Source: a virus (taxonomy: Duplodnaviria > Caudoviricetes). Taken from it: 64,000 bases of DNA. The position numbers and the translations under genes are program-made. The notes below the pieces were generated by a model that was given only the letters and a program-made list of their open reading frames with translations, searched no databases and was not told where the DNA came from. Below, in pieces: positions 28,639 to 37,377 of this stretch. The stretch covers positions 541 through 64,540 of IMG/VR virus record IMGVR_UViG_3300036770_002726. One strand, 5' to 3'. How positions within the stretch are numbered: the stretch's first letter is position 1; each line of letters opens with the position of its first letter.

Positions 28639-30366
28639 ATGAAGTTTAGATACATTTTAAAAAAGTTAATACAAGAAGATAAACGTCTTGATTTCATACT
28701 TGACAATGCGATGATTAATGTTAGTGGGAAACCATCAACTGGAAAACAAGTAAACATTAGTTTAGATTATTTAAAACAAATAATGAAAACAGACCCAACT
28801 ACTGTTGCACCAGCAGGTTTTGATTGGAATAATGCTGGTATGACAAAAAATAAAGATGGTAAACGTGTCCCAAAAGATACTGATAAAATAAAGGAAGATT
28901 TTAATGATGTAATTACTGGACAATATGTTAATTGGTTGTTAAGAACATTTTTGAAACCCAGTACTAATGACTTTGTGAGTGATTACGAAAAAGGTACTCC
29001 CGAATATGATGAACAATTTAAACATTTTCAAAATGAAATCTTTGAAGATGAAGATTTTATTAAAGGGTTACTAAGTAAATTTCATAGATTCCAAAAAAGA
29101 GTAGCCGAAGATAAAAGAAATATAATGAATATCAAAGGTAAAGAGGAATTAATGAATTTACCTGTTAGAGCAACGGCTGGTGGTGAAACTGTTCCATTGA
29201 GAGAATTTGAAGGTAGATTATCAAGTAAAGTTTTTGATAAAGAAGAGAGTGATTCGCCCGATTCACCAAGAATTAGATTCTCTTATCCTGGTTCTGAGAT
29301 ATTAAAAGTTGGTAGTAATTATACATTGGTTAGAATTCCTGCTGGGGGTGAATTGGGTCAAAAAGCGGCATCACATTTTGGCGGATATCATTTGGGGGCA
29401 TCTAACCCTAGTTCAAATGAAACGAATTGGTGTACTTCACCAGAAAACTCACATAACTTTAGAAATTACATCCAACAAGCTCCTCTTTATATTATATTGG
29501 CCAATGATGATAAAGGACAAGTTGGTACAAAAAGTAAGTTACCTAAAGAACGTTATCAAATACATTTTGGTTCTTATAGACAATATAAAGACAGATTAAA
29601 TGGTAATATACCAAACTTTGTTGAGGAGTTGGCCAATGGTAAGTTTTCTGAGTTTAAAGAATATTTTAAAGATGAATTCAAAAAAGGTGTTGGGTCATCT
29701 AGTTTTAGTAGTAGTAGTGGTAATTTACCTGGTGAAACTATTATAAAATTAAATAATCCAAATCCTGGTGCAACAAGTGAATATGTTAAAGTCTACGGTA
29801 GAGGAGATTTAGAAGAAGAGAATCCAACTGAAAAACTTAAAGAACAAATACAAAAAGTTCCAAAAGATTGTTCAGCTTTAACAATTAAAAACGATACTAG
29901 AGAAAATTTATTTATTGATATTCCTAATGAGATATTGAATTTAACAAATTTAAAGACTATCAATATTACAAACATAGCTAAATCTTTACCAAATGATATT
30001 TCACCTCTTAAAAACCTTAGATTTGTTTCAATTGTTGATAATCCAGAATTAACAAAGTTACCTGATGGTTTTGACCAATGTCCTAATCTTGTATTCATTA
30101 ATCTTAAAGGTACTTTGGTTGATTTGGGACAAGAATTGACTGAAATGATTGATAAGACTAAAAAAGAGTTAGAATTTGAAAGACAATACAATCGAACTGA
30201 AAGTATAGCTAAATTAGAAAATGAGTTAAATAAATTGAATAAAATGTATGATGCTAAGTATGGTAGTGGAGCTCCAATGTGGCTTCGTGCATTCTTAGAA
30301 CATTTTGAACAGGATAAAGATGAAGATGGAAGAATAGAAGAACCTTATTTTTGGACACCAAAATAA
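28639..30366 (+). CDS. Leader-bearing protein with WCT domain and leucine-rich repeats
   Basis: MKFRYILKKLIQE; ETNWCTS...PLYII; LRR units IPNEILNLTNLKTINI / LPNDISPLKNLRFVSI / LPDGFDQCPNLVFINL. Confidence 0.7.
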   Translation: MKFRYILKKLIQEDKRLDFILDNAMINVSGKPSTGKQVNISLDYLKQIMKTDPTTVAPAGFDWNNAGMTKNKDGKRVPKDTDKIKEDFNDVITGQYVNWLLRTFLKPSTNDFVSDYEKGTPEYDEQFKHFQNEIFEDEDFIKGLLSKFHRFQKRVAEDKRNIMNIKGKEELMNLPVRATAGGETVPLREFEGRLSSKVFDKEESDSPDSPRIRFSYPGSEILKVGSNYTLVRIPAGGELGQKAASHFGGYHLGASNPSSNETNWCTSPENSHNFRNYIQQAPLYIILANDDKGQVGTKSKLPKERYQIHFGSYRQYKDRLNGNIPNFVEELANGKFSEFKEYFKDEFKKGVGSSSFSSSSGNLPGETIIKLNNPNPGATSEYVKVYGRGDLEEENPTEKLKEQIQKVPKDCSALTIKNDTRENLFIDIPNEILNLTNLKTINITNIAKSLPNDISPLKNLRFVSIVDNPELTKLPDGFDQCPNLVFINLKGTLVDLGQELTEMIDKTKKELEFERQYNRTESIAKLENELNKLNKMYDAKYGSGAPMWLRAFLEHFEQDKDEDGRIEEPYFWTPK

Positions 30367-30373
30367 TATAATT

Positions 30374-30652
30374 ATGAACATCGATGTTGAAATATACATT
30401 AAGAATTTTATAAACTTCTTTGAGAATAATCCAAATGAACTGCTTGAGTTAATTGGTGACACACTCAAAGAAGTTTTTTATGAGAAGGTAAAAGAACAAT
30501 GTTATAAGAACCACGATAATGGTGAAGAAATAACATTGACACAAAAACAACTGATTGACATTGTCGTTAAGCTCAAAAAAGGTGATGTCAAAATTGCTTT
30601 AACCAATGGGGTATTCCAACAAACAAATTTTGGATTAATTTCTTTGAATTAA
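30374..30652 (+). CDS. Hypothetical protein
   Basis: ORF. Confidence 0.6.
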   Translation: MNIDVEIYIKNFINFFENNPNELLELIGDTLKEVFYEKVKEQCYKNHDNGEEITLTQKQLIDIVVKLKKGDVKIALTNGVFQQTNFGLISLN

Positions 30653-30653
30653 A

Positions 30654-30685
30654 TTTGGAAATTAGAAAATGAGTTTGTAATTTTG
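30654..30685 (+). promoter_or_regulatory. Bacteroidota-type promoter, class A repeat
   Basis: TTTG-N20-TAATTTTG within TTTGGAAATTAGA...GTAATTTTGACCCATC. Confidence 0.85.
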
Positions 30686-30715
30686 ACCCATCGTTAACCA
30701 ATAAAAATATATGTT

Positions 30716-30931
30716 ATGACAAAAGGACAAAAATTTGAAGCGGTAAGAGATACTGATTTTTTGTATACTCGTAAATTAGGTGGAGGTCTTTTGGGTAGAA
30801 AAGTCAAAAAAGGTGATGTAGTTACTTTCTTGACTGAAGAAATTAGTTTTAGTACCCGTATGGTTAGTTGTTATGAATTACTATTATGTATGACCAAAAA
30901 TGAGTTCCTAAGTAATTTTAAGGCTCTTTAA
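30716..30931 (+). CDS. Small early hypothetical protein
   Basis: Follows class A promoter. Confidence 0.6.
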   Translation: MTKGQKFEAVRDTDFLYTRKLGGGLLGRKVKKGDVVTFLTEEISFSTRMVSCYELLLCMTKNEFLSNFKAL

Positions 30932-30942
30932 AAAAAATCCAG

Positions 30943-30986
30943 TCATCTTGGAACTAATGGTGGGGTGATATGGTTTATATAATTGA
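30943..30986 (+). promoter_or_regulatory. Class B 44-bp repeat (putative promoter)
   Basis: 42/44 identical to 31429-31472; related sequence at 46616. Confidence 0.65.
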
Positions 30987-31021
30987 TGATTGATTAAATA
31001 ATCTAATAAAATATTCAAAGT

Positions 31022-31207
31022 ATGGAAAGAACATTCAATAGAAAAGAAGTTGAGGAAATGTGTAAAAGAGCATACCTTAGAGGTATGAGCATTCAATATG
31101 ATGGAATGACAAAAAATAAAATGAAACCACCAAAAGTTTTTGTTGAATGGTTAAAGGAACTTATTGATGAATGTCCAGATGAATGTCCAATTGATAAATT
31201 CAAATAA
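31022..31207 (+). CDS. Small hypothetical protein
   Basis: Follows class B repeat. Confidence 0.6.
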   Translation: MERTFNRKEVEEMCKRAYLRGMSIQYDGMTKNKMKPPKVFVEWLKELIDECPDECPIDKFK

Positions 31208-31224
31208 AAAAATCTCAACCAAAG

Positions 31225-31256
31225 TTTGGAAATTAGATAAGTAGTTTGTAATTTTG
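31225..31256 (+). promoter_or_regulatory. Bacteroidota-type promoter, class A repeat
   Basis: TTTG-N20-TAATTTTG. Confidence 0.85.
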
Positions 31257-31293
31257 ACCCATCACTCACTCACCACTAAAAAGATACAAGATT

Positions 31294-31428
31294 ATGAAAA
31301 TGTTTAATTTGGTATATCAAAATGTTAAATTGAATAGAAAGCAATTGACTGAAAAGGAGGTTGATATAGAAATTTCATCCATAATTATGAATTATGGCTA
31401 TAGACCCACCAAAGTTGAAATTTTTTAA
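31294..31428 (+). CDS. Small hypothetical protein (44 aa, not in ORF track)
   Basis: MKMFNLVYQNV...; lies between class A and class B repeats. Confidence 0.5.
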   Translation: MKMFNLVYQNVKLNRKQLTEKEVDIEISSIIMNYGYRPTKVEIF

Positions 31429-31472
31429 TCATCTTGGAACTAATGGTTGGGTGATGTGGTTTATATAATTGA
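31429..31472 (+). promoter_or_regulatory. Class B 44-bp repeat, copy 2
   Basis: TCATCTTGGAACTAATGGTTGGGTGATGTGGTTTATATAATTGA. Confidence 0.65.
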
Positions 31473-31508
31473 ATAATTAATTGACTAATTTAATAAATTT
31501 AGAAGAAT

Positions 31509-31703
31509 ATGGAACACAAATATGTGAAATGCTTTGATAAGTTTGATAGGGAATTAAAAGAAGGAGATATTGTAGATGTTCAAAGGGATGGTGAACACGA
31601 AATTTATAAGAAGGAAGATGGTCAACTCTACTTCAAACCTTATGGAAAAGAAGACAGAGTAAGTGCTTATTTCTCGAATGATATGATTAAAGTAGAACGA
31701 TAG
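31509..31703 (+). CDS. Small YopX-like hypothetical protein
   Basis: DK...ELKEGDIV motif. Confidence 0.5.
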   Translation: MEHKYVKCFDKFDRELKEGDIVDVQRDGEHEIYKKEDGQLYFKPYGKEDRVSAYFSNDMIKVER

Positions 31704-31741
31704 TAAATTTAATTACCTCTAAAAAAAAATCTCATCCAAAG

Positions 31742-31773
31742 TTTGGAAATTAGAAACCTAATCCGTAATTTTG
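31742..31773 (+). promoter_or_regulatory. Bacteroidota-type promoter, class A repeat
   Basis: TTTG-N20-TAATTTTG. Confidence 0.85.
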
Positions 31774-31808
31774 CCCTATCAATTATTCACCAATAAAAAT
31801 ATAATAAT

Positions 31809-32558
31809 ATGACAATCCAAGAAATTAAGTCTATCGCCCCAGCAGTATTCACAACTTCAGCTGACCCTAAGATGTCTAAAAGATATTCATTCGTACCAAC
31901 GATTGATATTATGGAGAAATTCACCAACGAGGGTTGGGAGCTTAAATCCGTAAAACAAAATGGTACTGGTCTTTATGGTGTGCACGAATTGAGATTTAGA
32001 AATGGTGAACTACCTGCGGTTGGAGACACCTTGGTTGAAGCCATTGTTAGAAACTCACATAATGGTATGACCACTCTATCTGTAAGTGCTGGACTATACC
32101 GATTAGTTTGCTCTAATGGTTTAACTGTCCCCACTTCCACAGCTGAGCAATTCAATGTGAGACATATGGGATTTGACTCAGAAGAAGTCAAAAGATTGAC
32201 TGAGAGTTTTGCAACGAAACTCCCCATCATACAAAACTCAGTTGATAAGATGATGGATAGAATGTTGACCGAAGGCGAGAAAATCGACTTTGCAAAAAGT
32301 GCCTCAATCATCAAGTGGGGAATGGGTTCAGTACCATACCTTGATTATGAGGAATTGATTACTCCTCAAAGACTTGGAGACAACAACGATGACCTTTGGA
32401 CAACATTCAATATCCTTCAGGAGAGATTTGTTAGAGGTGGTCTTGAGTACAGAAGTCAAACTGGTCGTAAGACATCCCTAAAAGGTTTGAAAAACATTAT
32501 GGCAACAAACCAAATGAACACCAAACTTTGGGAATTGGCCGAAACATTTGTCTATTAA
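31809..32558 (+). CDS. DUF932/DUF945 family protein
   Basis: SKRYSFVPT, NSHNG, GLYRLVCSNGL, LWTTFN..QE. Confidence 0.85.
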   Translation: MTIQEIKSIAPAVFTTSADPKMSKRYSFVPTIDIMEKFTNEGWELKSVKQNGTGLYGVHELRFRNGELPAVGDTLVEAIVRNSHNGMTTLSVSAGLYRLVCSNGLTVPTSTAEQFNVRHMGFDSEEVKRLTESFATKLPIIQNSVDKMMDRMLTEGEKIDFAKSASIIKWGMGSVPYLDYEELITPQRLGDNNDDLWTTFNILQERFVRGGLEYRSQTGRKTSLKGLKNIMATNQMNTKLWELAETFVY

Positions 32559-32567
32559 AATTAAGAT

Positions 32568-32596
32568 TGGGGAGTTTACACTCCCCATTTTTTTTA
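32568..32596 (+). terminator. Rho-independent terminator
   Basis: TGGGGAGT-TTAC-ACTCCCCA followed by a T run. Confidence 0.8.
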
Positions 32597-32617
32597 TTAT
32601 AGTTAGGAAAAAAATAT

Positions 32618-34348
32618 ATGGAAACTTTATTTGATTTTATAAAGATAAACAAAGGTGTTGTAATACACAAAGATGTATGTGAGTTAAGTGAAGAAGAAAT
32701 TCTAGGTAATCATAAAACAGATGATTCTGAATTGGGTTTCTATCTATATAAAAACCGAAATTTTTTTAGACATGAATATGATGTCTCAAGTAGAAGTTTT
32801 GGTGATGAAACTTATAGTGAAAACAAAAAAAATATTTTAGCTAGAGTTAGTTTTGATAAAATACGTTTGATGGTCACAAAAACTGATGAAAAAGTTTCAT
32901 TGAAATATTTTACATATAACTTAAATAAAAATGTTGGGGTTAAGTTTTTCACAAAAAACACAACCTGTCAATTCATTACGTTTAATTTTAAAACCAACAC
33001 AAAATATACTGGTACTATTGTAAATCATCATAAGAAAAGATGTGGAAAAAGTTTCTCAAAAAACAAATGGAATCATAAAAGTTTAAAACTTTTATCAACT
33101 GTTATCAGTTCAGCATTAAAACATTTTAAGTCGGATAATTTTAATGAATTATATGAGTCACAACTTGATGTTAATAGAGCTTTTGAAATATTCTTTAACA
33201 ATATACCAGGATTGGATAATTCCATCAAAGACCCAGACGATAGATTATATAAAAAATATTTGGATGGACATAATATTAAAACACCAAACAATTGGATGTG
33301 TTTTGAGAGAACTTATCCCCAGATTACATTAAAGGACTTTAGAAAGCACAAAAACAAGTTTGTGGACACTTTTATGTCATTCAATGAACTAAGTGGTGAC
33401 AAGATAAAAAGAGTTCTCCATATGGTCAATTCAACGTCAGGAGTACTTATGCTTAGATTTGTTTTAAGATTATTTGGGAATGATTTTATTTTATCCCAAA
33501 ATGATGAAATCATTAAAAAAACTATTGAATCAAATTTCAATTTTAATTTTCAAGGGTGGAATATACATTTACATCTTAATAATTTTACCAAGAGAGAAAT
33601 CAAAAATTGTTTTGAGGTTTTTAAAATGGTTATGATTGGTGAAATAAATTTTAACACATTTATGGATCACGTAATGACCAAGAATAGATTGCATAATTTA
33701 GAACCAGTAAGTTGGCAATCTAGTACTTATGAAAAATTTATGGAGGAACATTTTGAATGGTCAGAGAAATTTGGTTCATATCAAACCGCAACATATAATA
33801 GATATTACAACGAAGAATTCAAAAAAATTATAGAAGAACCAATATTAGGATATCACCCAGTCATATTAGTTAATAATAAAGAATATAACGTTGAAAGTTT
33901 TACCCAATCAAATTGTGTTAGAACTTATGCAAGTAGACCAGAATCAATTATAATATCAATAATAAGAATGGAAGATAAAGAACGAGCATCAGTTGAATAT
34001 AGAATAATTGGGGACAATGATGATATTAATTTAATCAGAGTTCAATCACTAGGTAGATTCAATAAAGTTTTGGATGTTAGTTGGGATGAAATATTAAAAG
34101 TATTGGATAATAGAGTTGAATATTGTTTAATAAATGGTATTTTTAAATTACCCACCTTTGAAGTTAGTTTCGGTAAAAAAACATTGTATAGTGAATTGGA
34201 GTTTAGAGATAGTCTTGAATATGCAATGAGACCAGGACAGAGGGGAATAAAAACAATTAATAAAGCTTTATATTTCTCTAATAGAGAAATTTATGATATT
34301 AAAGGAACAAAATTACCAACATTAGAAATTGATGAAACACCATTCTAA
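32618..34348 (+). CDS. PcfJ-like domain protein
   Basis: C-terminal ES..QSNCVRTY...SI...R.SVEY..Q.LGRFN. Confidence 0.65.
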   Translation: METLFDFIKINKGVVIHKDVCELSEEEILGNHKTDDSELGFYLYKNRNFFRHEYDVSSRSFGDETYSENKKNILARVSFDKIRLMVTKTDEKVSLKYFTYNLNKNVGVKFFTKNTTCQFITFNFKTNTKYTGTIVNHHKKRCGKSFSKNKWNHKSLKLLSTVISSALKHFKSDNFNELYESQLDVNRAFEIFFNNIPGLDNSIKDPDDRLYKKYLDGHNIKTPNNWMCFERTYPQITLKDFRKHKNKFVDTFMSFNELSGDKIKRVLHMVNSTSGVLMLRFVLRLFGNDFILSQNDEIIKKTIESNFNFNFQGWNIHLHLNNFTKREIKNCFEVFKMVMIGEINFNTFMDHVMTKNRLHNLEPVSWQSSTYEKFMEEHFEWSEKFGSYQTATYNRYYNEEFKKIIEEPILGYHPVILVNNKEYNVESFTQSNCVRTYASRPESIIISIIRMEDKERASVEYRIIGDNDDINLIRVQSLGRFNKVLDVSWDEILKVLDNRVEYCLINGIFKLPTFEVSFGKKTLYSELEFRDSLEYAMRPGQRGIKTINKALYFSNREIYDIKGTKLPTLEIDETPF

Positions 34349-34643
34349 AATACAAGATATTTTTAAAGAAAGATACAAACAAATACCATCTTCTTTATAT
34401 ATAAAAAATGAAAAAATATCCAAAGAAAATTTGGATAAATTTTTAAGTAAATCTCATTTAATATTTACCAATAAGAAAGTTATTGATAACAAAATAGTTG
34501 AATTTGAAAAATTGGTTGAATATGACCCAAGTGGAATTCTTATTTACATAGAAGAAGGTATTGATATATTTATTTTTACCACAACAGATAGATTGAATGT
34601 TGCGGAGTTTACATTACATAATTTAATAAAACTTAACAAATAA
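34329..34643 (+). CDS. Hypothetical protein
   Basis: ORF. Confidence 0.5.
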   Translation: MMKHHSKIQDIFKERYKQIPSSLYIKNEKISKENLDKFLSKSHLIFTNKKVIDNKIVEFEKLVEYDPSGILIYIEEGIDIFIFTTTDRLNVAEFTLHNLIKLNK

Positions 34644-34644
34644 A

Positions 34645-34953
34645 ATGGAAATTACAGGAGAAGAATTAAAATCAAAAATTGAAGGTGGGGAGACAGTTAT
34701 GGTAGCCTGGACGGCCAAATGGTGCGGACCCTGCAAGATATATAAACCCACTTTTGGGAAAGTATCTGAGTCAGCTAGTATACCTATGTATATAATGGAT
34801 GTTGAAGAAGATGGTGAATATGCTGTTCAATTGGGTATTAGAGCTGTACCAACAACTAAACTATTTAGTAATGGTGTTGAGATGTTTTCAAAACCTGGTA
34901 TGTTATCAGAGGGTGAATTAAAATCAATAATAAATAATGTAATCAATGGATAA
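34645..34953 (+). CDS. trxA: Thioredoxin
   Basis: WCGPC active site; IRAVPT cis-Pro loop. Confidence 0.9.
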   Translation: MEITGEELKSKIEGGETVMVAWTAKWCGPCKIYKPTFGKVSESASIPMYIMDVEEDGEYAVQLGIRAVPTTKLFSNGVEMFSKPGMLSEGELKSIINNVING

Positions 34954-35233
34954 TAAGTTAGTCATATTATATACGATGAAGGGATGTCCCCATTGTACAG
35001 ACTTCAAAGATATGTTAAAAGAAAATGACATTGAATTCTATGATAGGGATATAAATGAATACTCGGATGAATTTGACATGTTTGTTGAAATAACAGGAAA
35101 AGATTATGTTCCATCATTTATGTTGGTGGATGAGAGTGAAAGTGATGAACCAATACCAATGTTATTTGCACCAGAAGTTGATTTCAATGAATTGAATGAA
35201 GGATTGGAAATAATTAAAAAATTTATTTTGTAA
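34946..35233 (+). CDS. Glutaredoxin-like protein
   Basis: YT..GCPHC; YVP motif. Confidence 0.85.
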   Translation: MDNKLVILYTMKGCPHCTDFKDMLKENDIEFYDRDINEYSDEFDMFVEITGKDYVPSFMLVDESESDEPIPMLFAPEVDFNELNEGLEIIKKFIL

Positions 35234-35294
35234 AAGTGTTTTTTTTTTTTGATAGATATTTATATGGAAATAAATTAATTAAAAAAAAAATACA

Positions 35295-35582
35295 ATGAAA
35301 AAAATAGTAAGATTAACTGAAAGTGATTTAACTAGATTGGTTAAAAGAGTTATTGAAGAACAAGAAGATTTTGGATTCTCAATTGGGAAAGAACGAACTA
35401 CTGAAGATTTTTTAGAAAAAATAAAAAATATCGGTGGAGGTCAATCGGGCATGAAAAAATTAGTTGATTTACAAACTCTAATTGATATTGCGACACTTGA
35501 CCCAGCTAAAAAAAGAAAAATTATGAGAGCAATTGATAAACAATTAGAAGTAATAAACTCACAAGATTGGAGTAAATATTAA
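35295..35582 (+). CDS. Leader-bearing small protein
   Basis: MKKIVRLTESDLTRLVKRVIEEQ, near-identical to the 1388 leader. Confidence 0.65.
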   Translation: MKKIVRLTESDLTRLVKRVIEEQEDFGFSIGKERTTEDFLEKIKNIGGGQSGMKKLVDLQTLIDIATLDPAKKRKIMRAIDKQLEVINSQDWSKY

Positions 35583-35589
35583 TAAAAAC

Positions 35590-35619
35590 AAAACCCCACC
35601 TTAGAGATGGGGTTTTTTT
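35590..35619. terminator. Bidirectional terminator
   Basis: AAAACCCCA...TGGGGTTTT between convergent genes. Confidence 0.75.
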
Positions 35620-35621
35620 AT

Positions 35622-36446
35622 TTAAAATAATATCAAATCTTTTATTCTATCTTTAACCAACCAAGGCTTTGAATCTAGTTGGTTTTTTATATCACTATCA
35701 ATATTAAATTCATTTAAGTATTCGTTTGAGAATTTATTTAAATTAAAATCGAATACATCCAACACCAACGATTTAATATCTTTATTTGAATAAATTGAAT
35801 CGCAAATAATATCAATATTTAAATCATCTTCAACCACATCGGTTGTGTATTTGAATAATATCTCATCTGTGACCAAAATATCAAAAAGATGATTACAGAC
35901 ATACTCACCATAATAAAACTCTCTCCTACCAAGATTTAGACTATAACCATAAGGGAATGATGAAGAGACAGACATAAAGTTTGTCGAATTAAAGATATTC
36001 AACTTGTCAGGTAAGAATGGAGAATAGAATTCAAGTTCAAGTTTGTTAGTATAATTGATGTTATTTAAAAATTCTTTGTTATATTCACTTGTTTGTCTAT
36101 TAACTTCTTTAATGACTTCTTTGTGATATATTGGTCTATCACTTTTATAATATGTGAAATAATATTGATTTGGACTAATTGGTTCTCGATAATCAATTAA
36201 GTCAATGATACTAAGAGTTTTTAGATTTAGAAAATCAAATAGTTTTTTGTTTTCTTCAATGAATTCATCTCTGAGTTTATTTAAGTCTATAACAACATCG
36301 GATGATGTTGCGCCATAAACAACCAAAAAGGATTTAAAATCAATAACTTGGAAACGTGATTTATGGATTGGATTAATGTTTTTTATTATATAATCCGCAA
36401 AGAGATTAACCAATCCTTCTTTTGATAATGTGTTAATGTATTTCAT
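35622..36446 (-). CDS. Hypothetical protein (weak resemblance to a degenerate MetK fold)
   Basis: 274-aa ORF; resemblance by eye only. Confidence 0.55.
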   Translation of the reverse strand: MKYINTLSKEGLVNLFADYIIKNINPIHKSRFQVIDFKSFLVVYGATSSDVVIDLNKLRDEFIEENKKLFDFLNLKTLSIIDLIDYREPISPNQYYFTYYKSDRPIYHKEVIKEVNRQTSEYNKEFLNNINYTNKLELEFYSPFLPDKLNIFNSTNFMSVSSSFPYGYSLNLGRREFYYGEYVCNHLFDILVTDEILFKYTTDVVEDDLNIDIICDSIYSNKDIKSLVLDVFDFNLNKFSNEYLNEFNIDSDIKNQLDSKPWLVKDRIKDLILF

Positions 36447-36550
36447 AATTTTTTATTCAATTTATATGTAAAAAAAATCATACATTAAATAGTTAAATGA
36501 AAAAAGGGACATATTGTCCCCTTCTAAATTAAATCTCCCCAAATAAAATC

Positions 36551-36697
36551 TTACTTTTTTGTGTAGTATTTTTCTACAACTTTTTTGATAGACTCCTGAA
36601 TACTGTTGTTAGTTTGATTAGTAGTCTGTGTTACAGGAGTTGAAGTTGAAGGGGTCGATTGTTGAGGTTGTTTGTTTTTACATCCGCATCCAGCCAT
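36551..36697 (-). CDS. Small MAGCGCK protein (48 aa, not in ORF track)
   Basis: MAGCGCKNKQPQQSTPSTS...IQESIKKVVEKYYTKK*. Confidence 0.55.
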   Translation of the reverse strand: MAGCGCKNKQPQQSTPSTSTPVTQTTNQTNNSIQESIKKVVEKYYTKK

Positions 36698-36714
36698 AAT
36701 TGTTTTGTTTTTTT

Positions 36715-37302
36715 TCAGTTTATTATTTTAAAAAAGTGTTTGTAACAAGTTTTTCTAATAGTTCCTTTACCTCCATTATCTAATTTTCTACCTCTCAGAC
36801 AATTTGATATCATCATCCTGACATTTCTTGATTTACCTTTTGCAAATCCATTATTAATTAAGTAATTAGCCCCATCAATTAAACTCTCAAATATAAATAT
36901 CTCGTTACTTTCAATATTTGTTAATGAATACTTGGAAAAATTATTATTTTTTTGTTGATTGATTTTAGATAATTTAAGTTTTACCGCATCACTTATTATA
37001 TTTCTTCTAGAATCACTAACTAAAGCTAAATTATAACCAAAATTCATTTCATTTGCTTTATAATTATTAATATAATAGTTTTCTTTTAAAATTAAATCTT
37101 TTTCTTCACACAATTCTAATATTTCAAACACAAAGTTTTCAATTCCGTGTTTATTGAATGATTTTTGTAAATAAACATTATCGTGAATACCTTTTTTTAA
37201 CATCCAAAAGTGTTTATATTCTCTACTTGGTAAATCAATTGAACTACCCACATAAACTTTATTATTTTGTTTGTTTAATATTTTGTAAATACCACAATTC
37301 AT
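36715..37302 (-). CDS. GIY-YIG homing endonuclease (free-standing)
   Basis: GIYKI.N..N.KVYVGSS, R..H, H.N..LQ.SFNKHG, F.FEILE, E..YI, GYN. Confidence 0.9.
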   Translation of the reverse strand: MNCGIYKILNKQNNKVYVGSSIDLPSREYKHFWMLKKGIHDNVYLQKSFNKHGIENFVFEILELCEEKDLILKENYYINNYKANEMNFGYNLALVSDSRRNIISDAVKLKLSKINQQKNNNFSKYSLTNIESNEIFIFESLIDGANYLINNGFAKGKSRNVRMMISNCLRGRKLDNGGKGTIRKTCYKHFFKIIN

Positions 37303-37377
37303 ATTTATTTATTATTATAAATATCAAAACTCATAACAATATTTAATATATTTATATAATAATTAATAAAAAAAATC

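Noticed and set aside
35239-35290. Poly-T and poly-A tracts as phase-variation sites
   Set aside because: Intergenic homopolymers are common in this AT-rich genome; no frame or promoter-spacing consequence is evident
35622-36446. S-adenosylmethionine synthetase call
   Set aside because: Only a vague N-terminal resemblance; GHPDK and GGG signature motifs are absent
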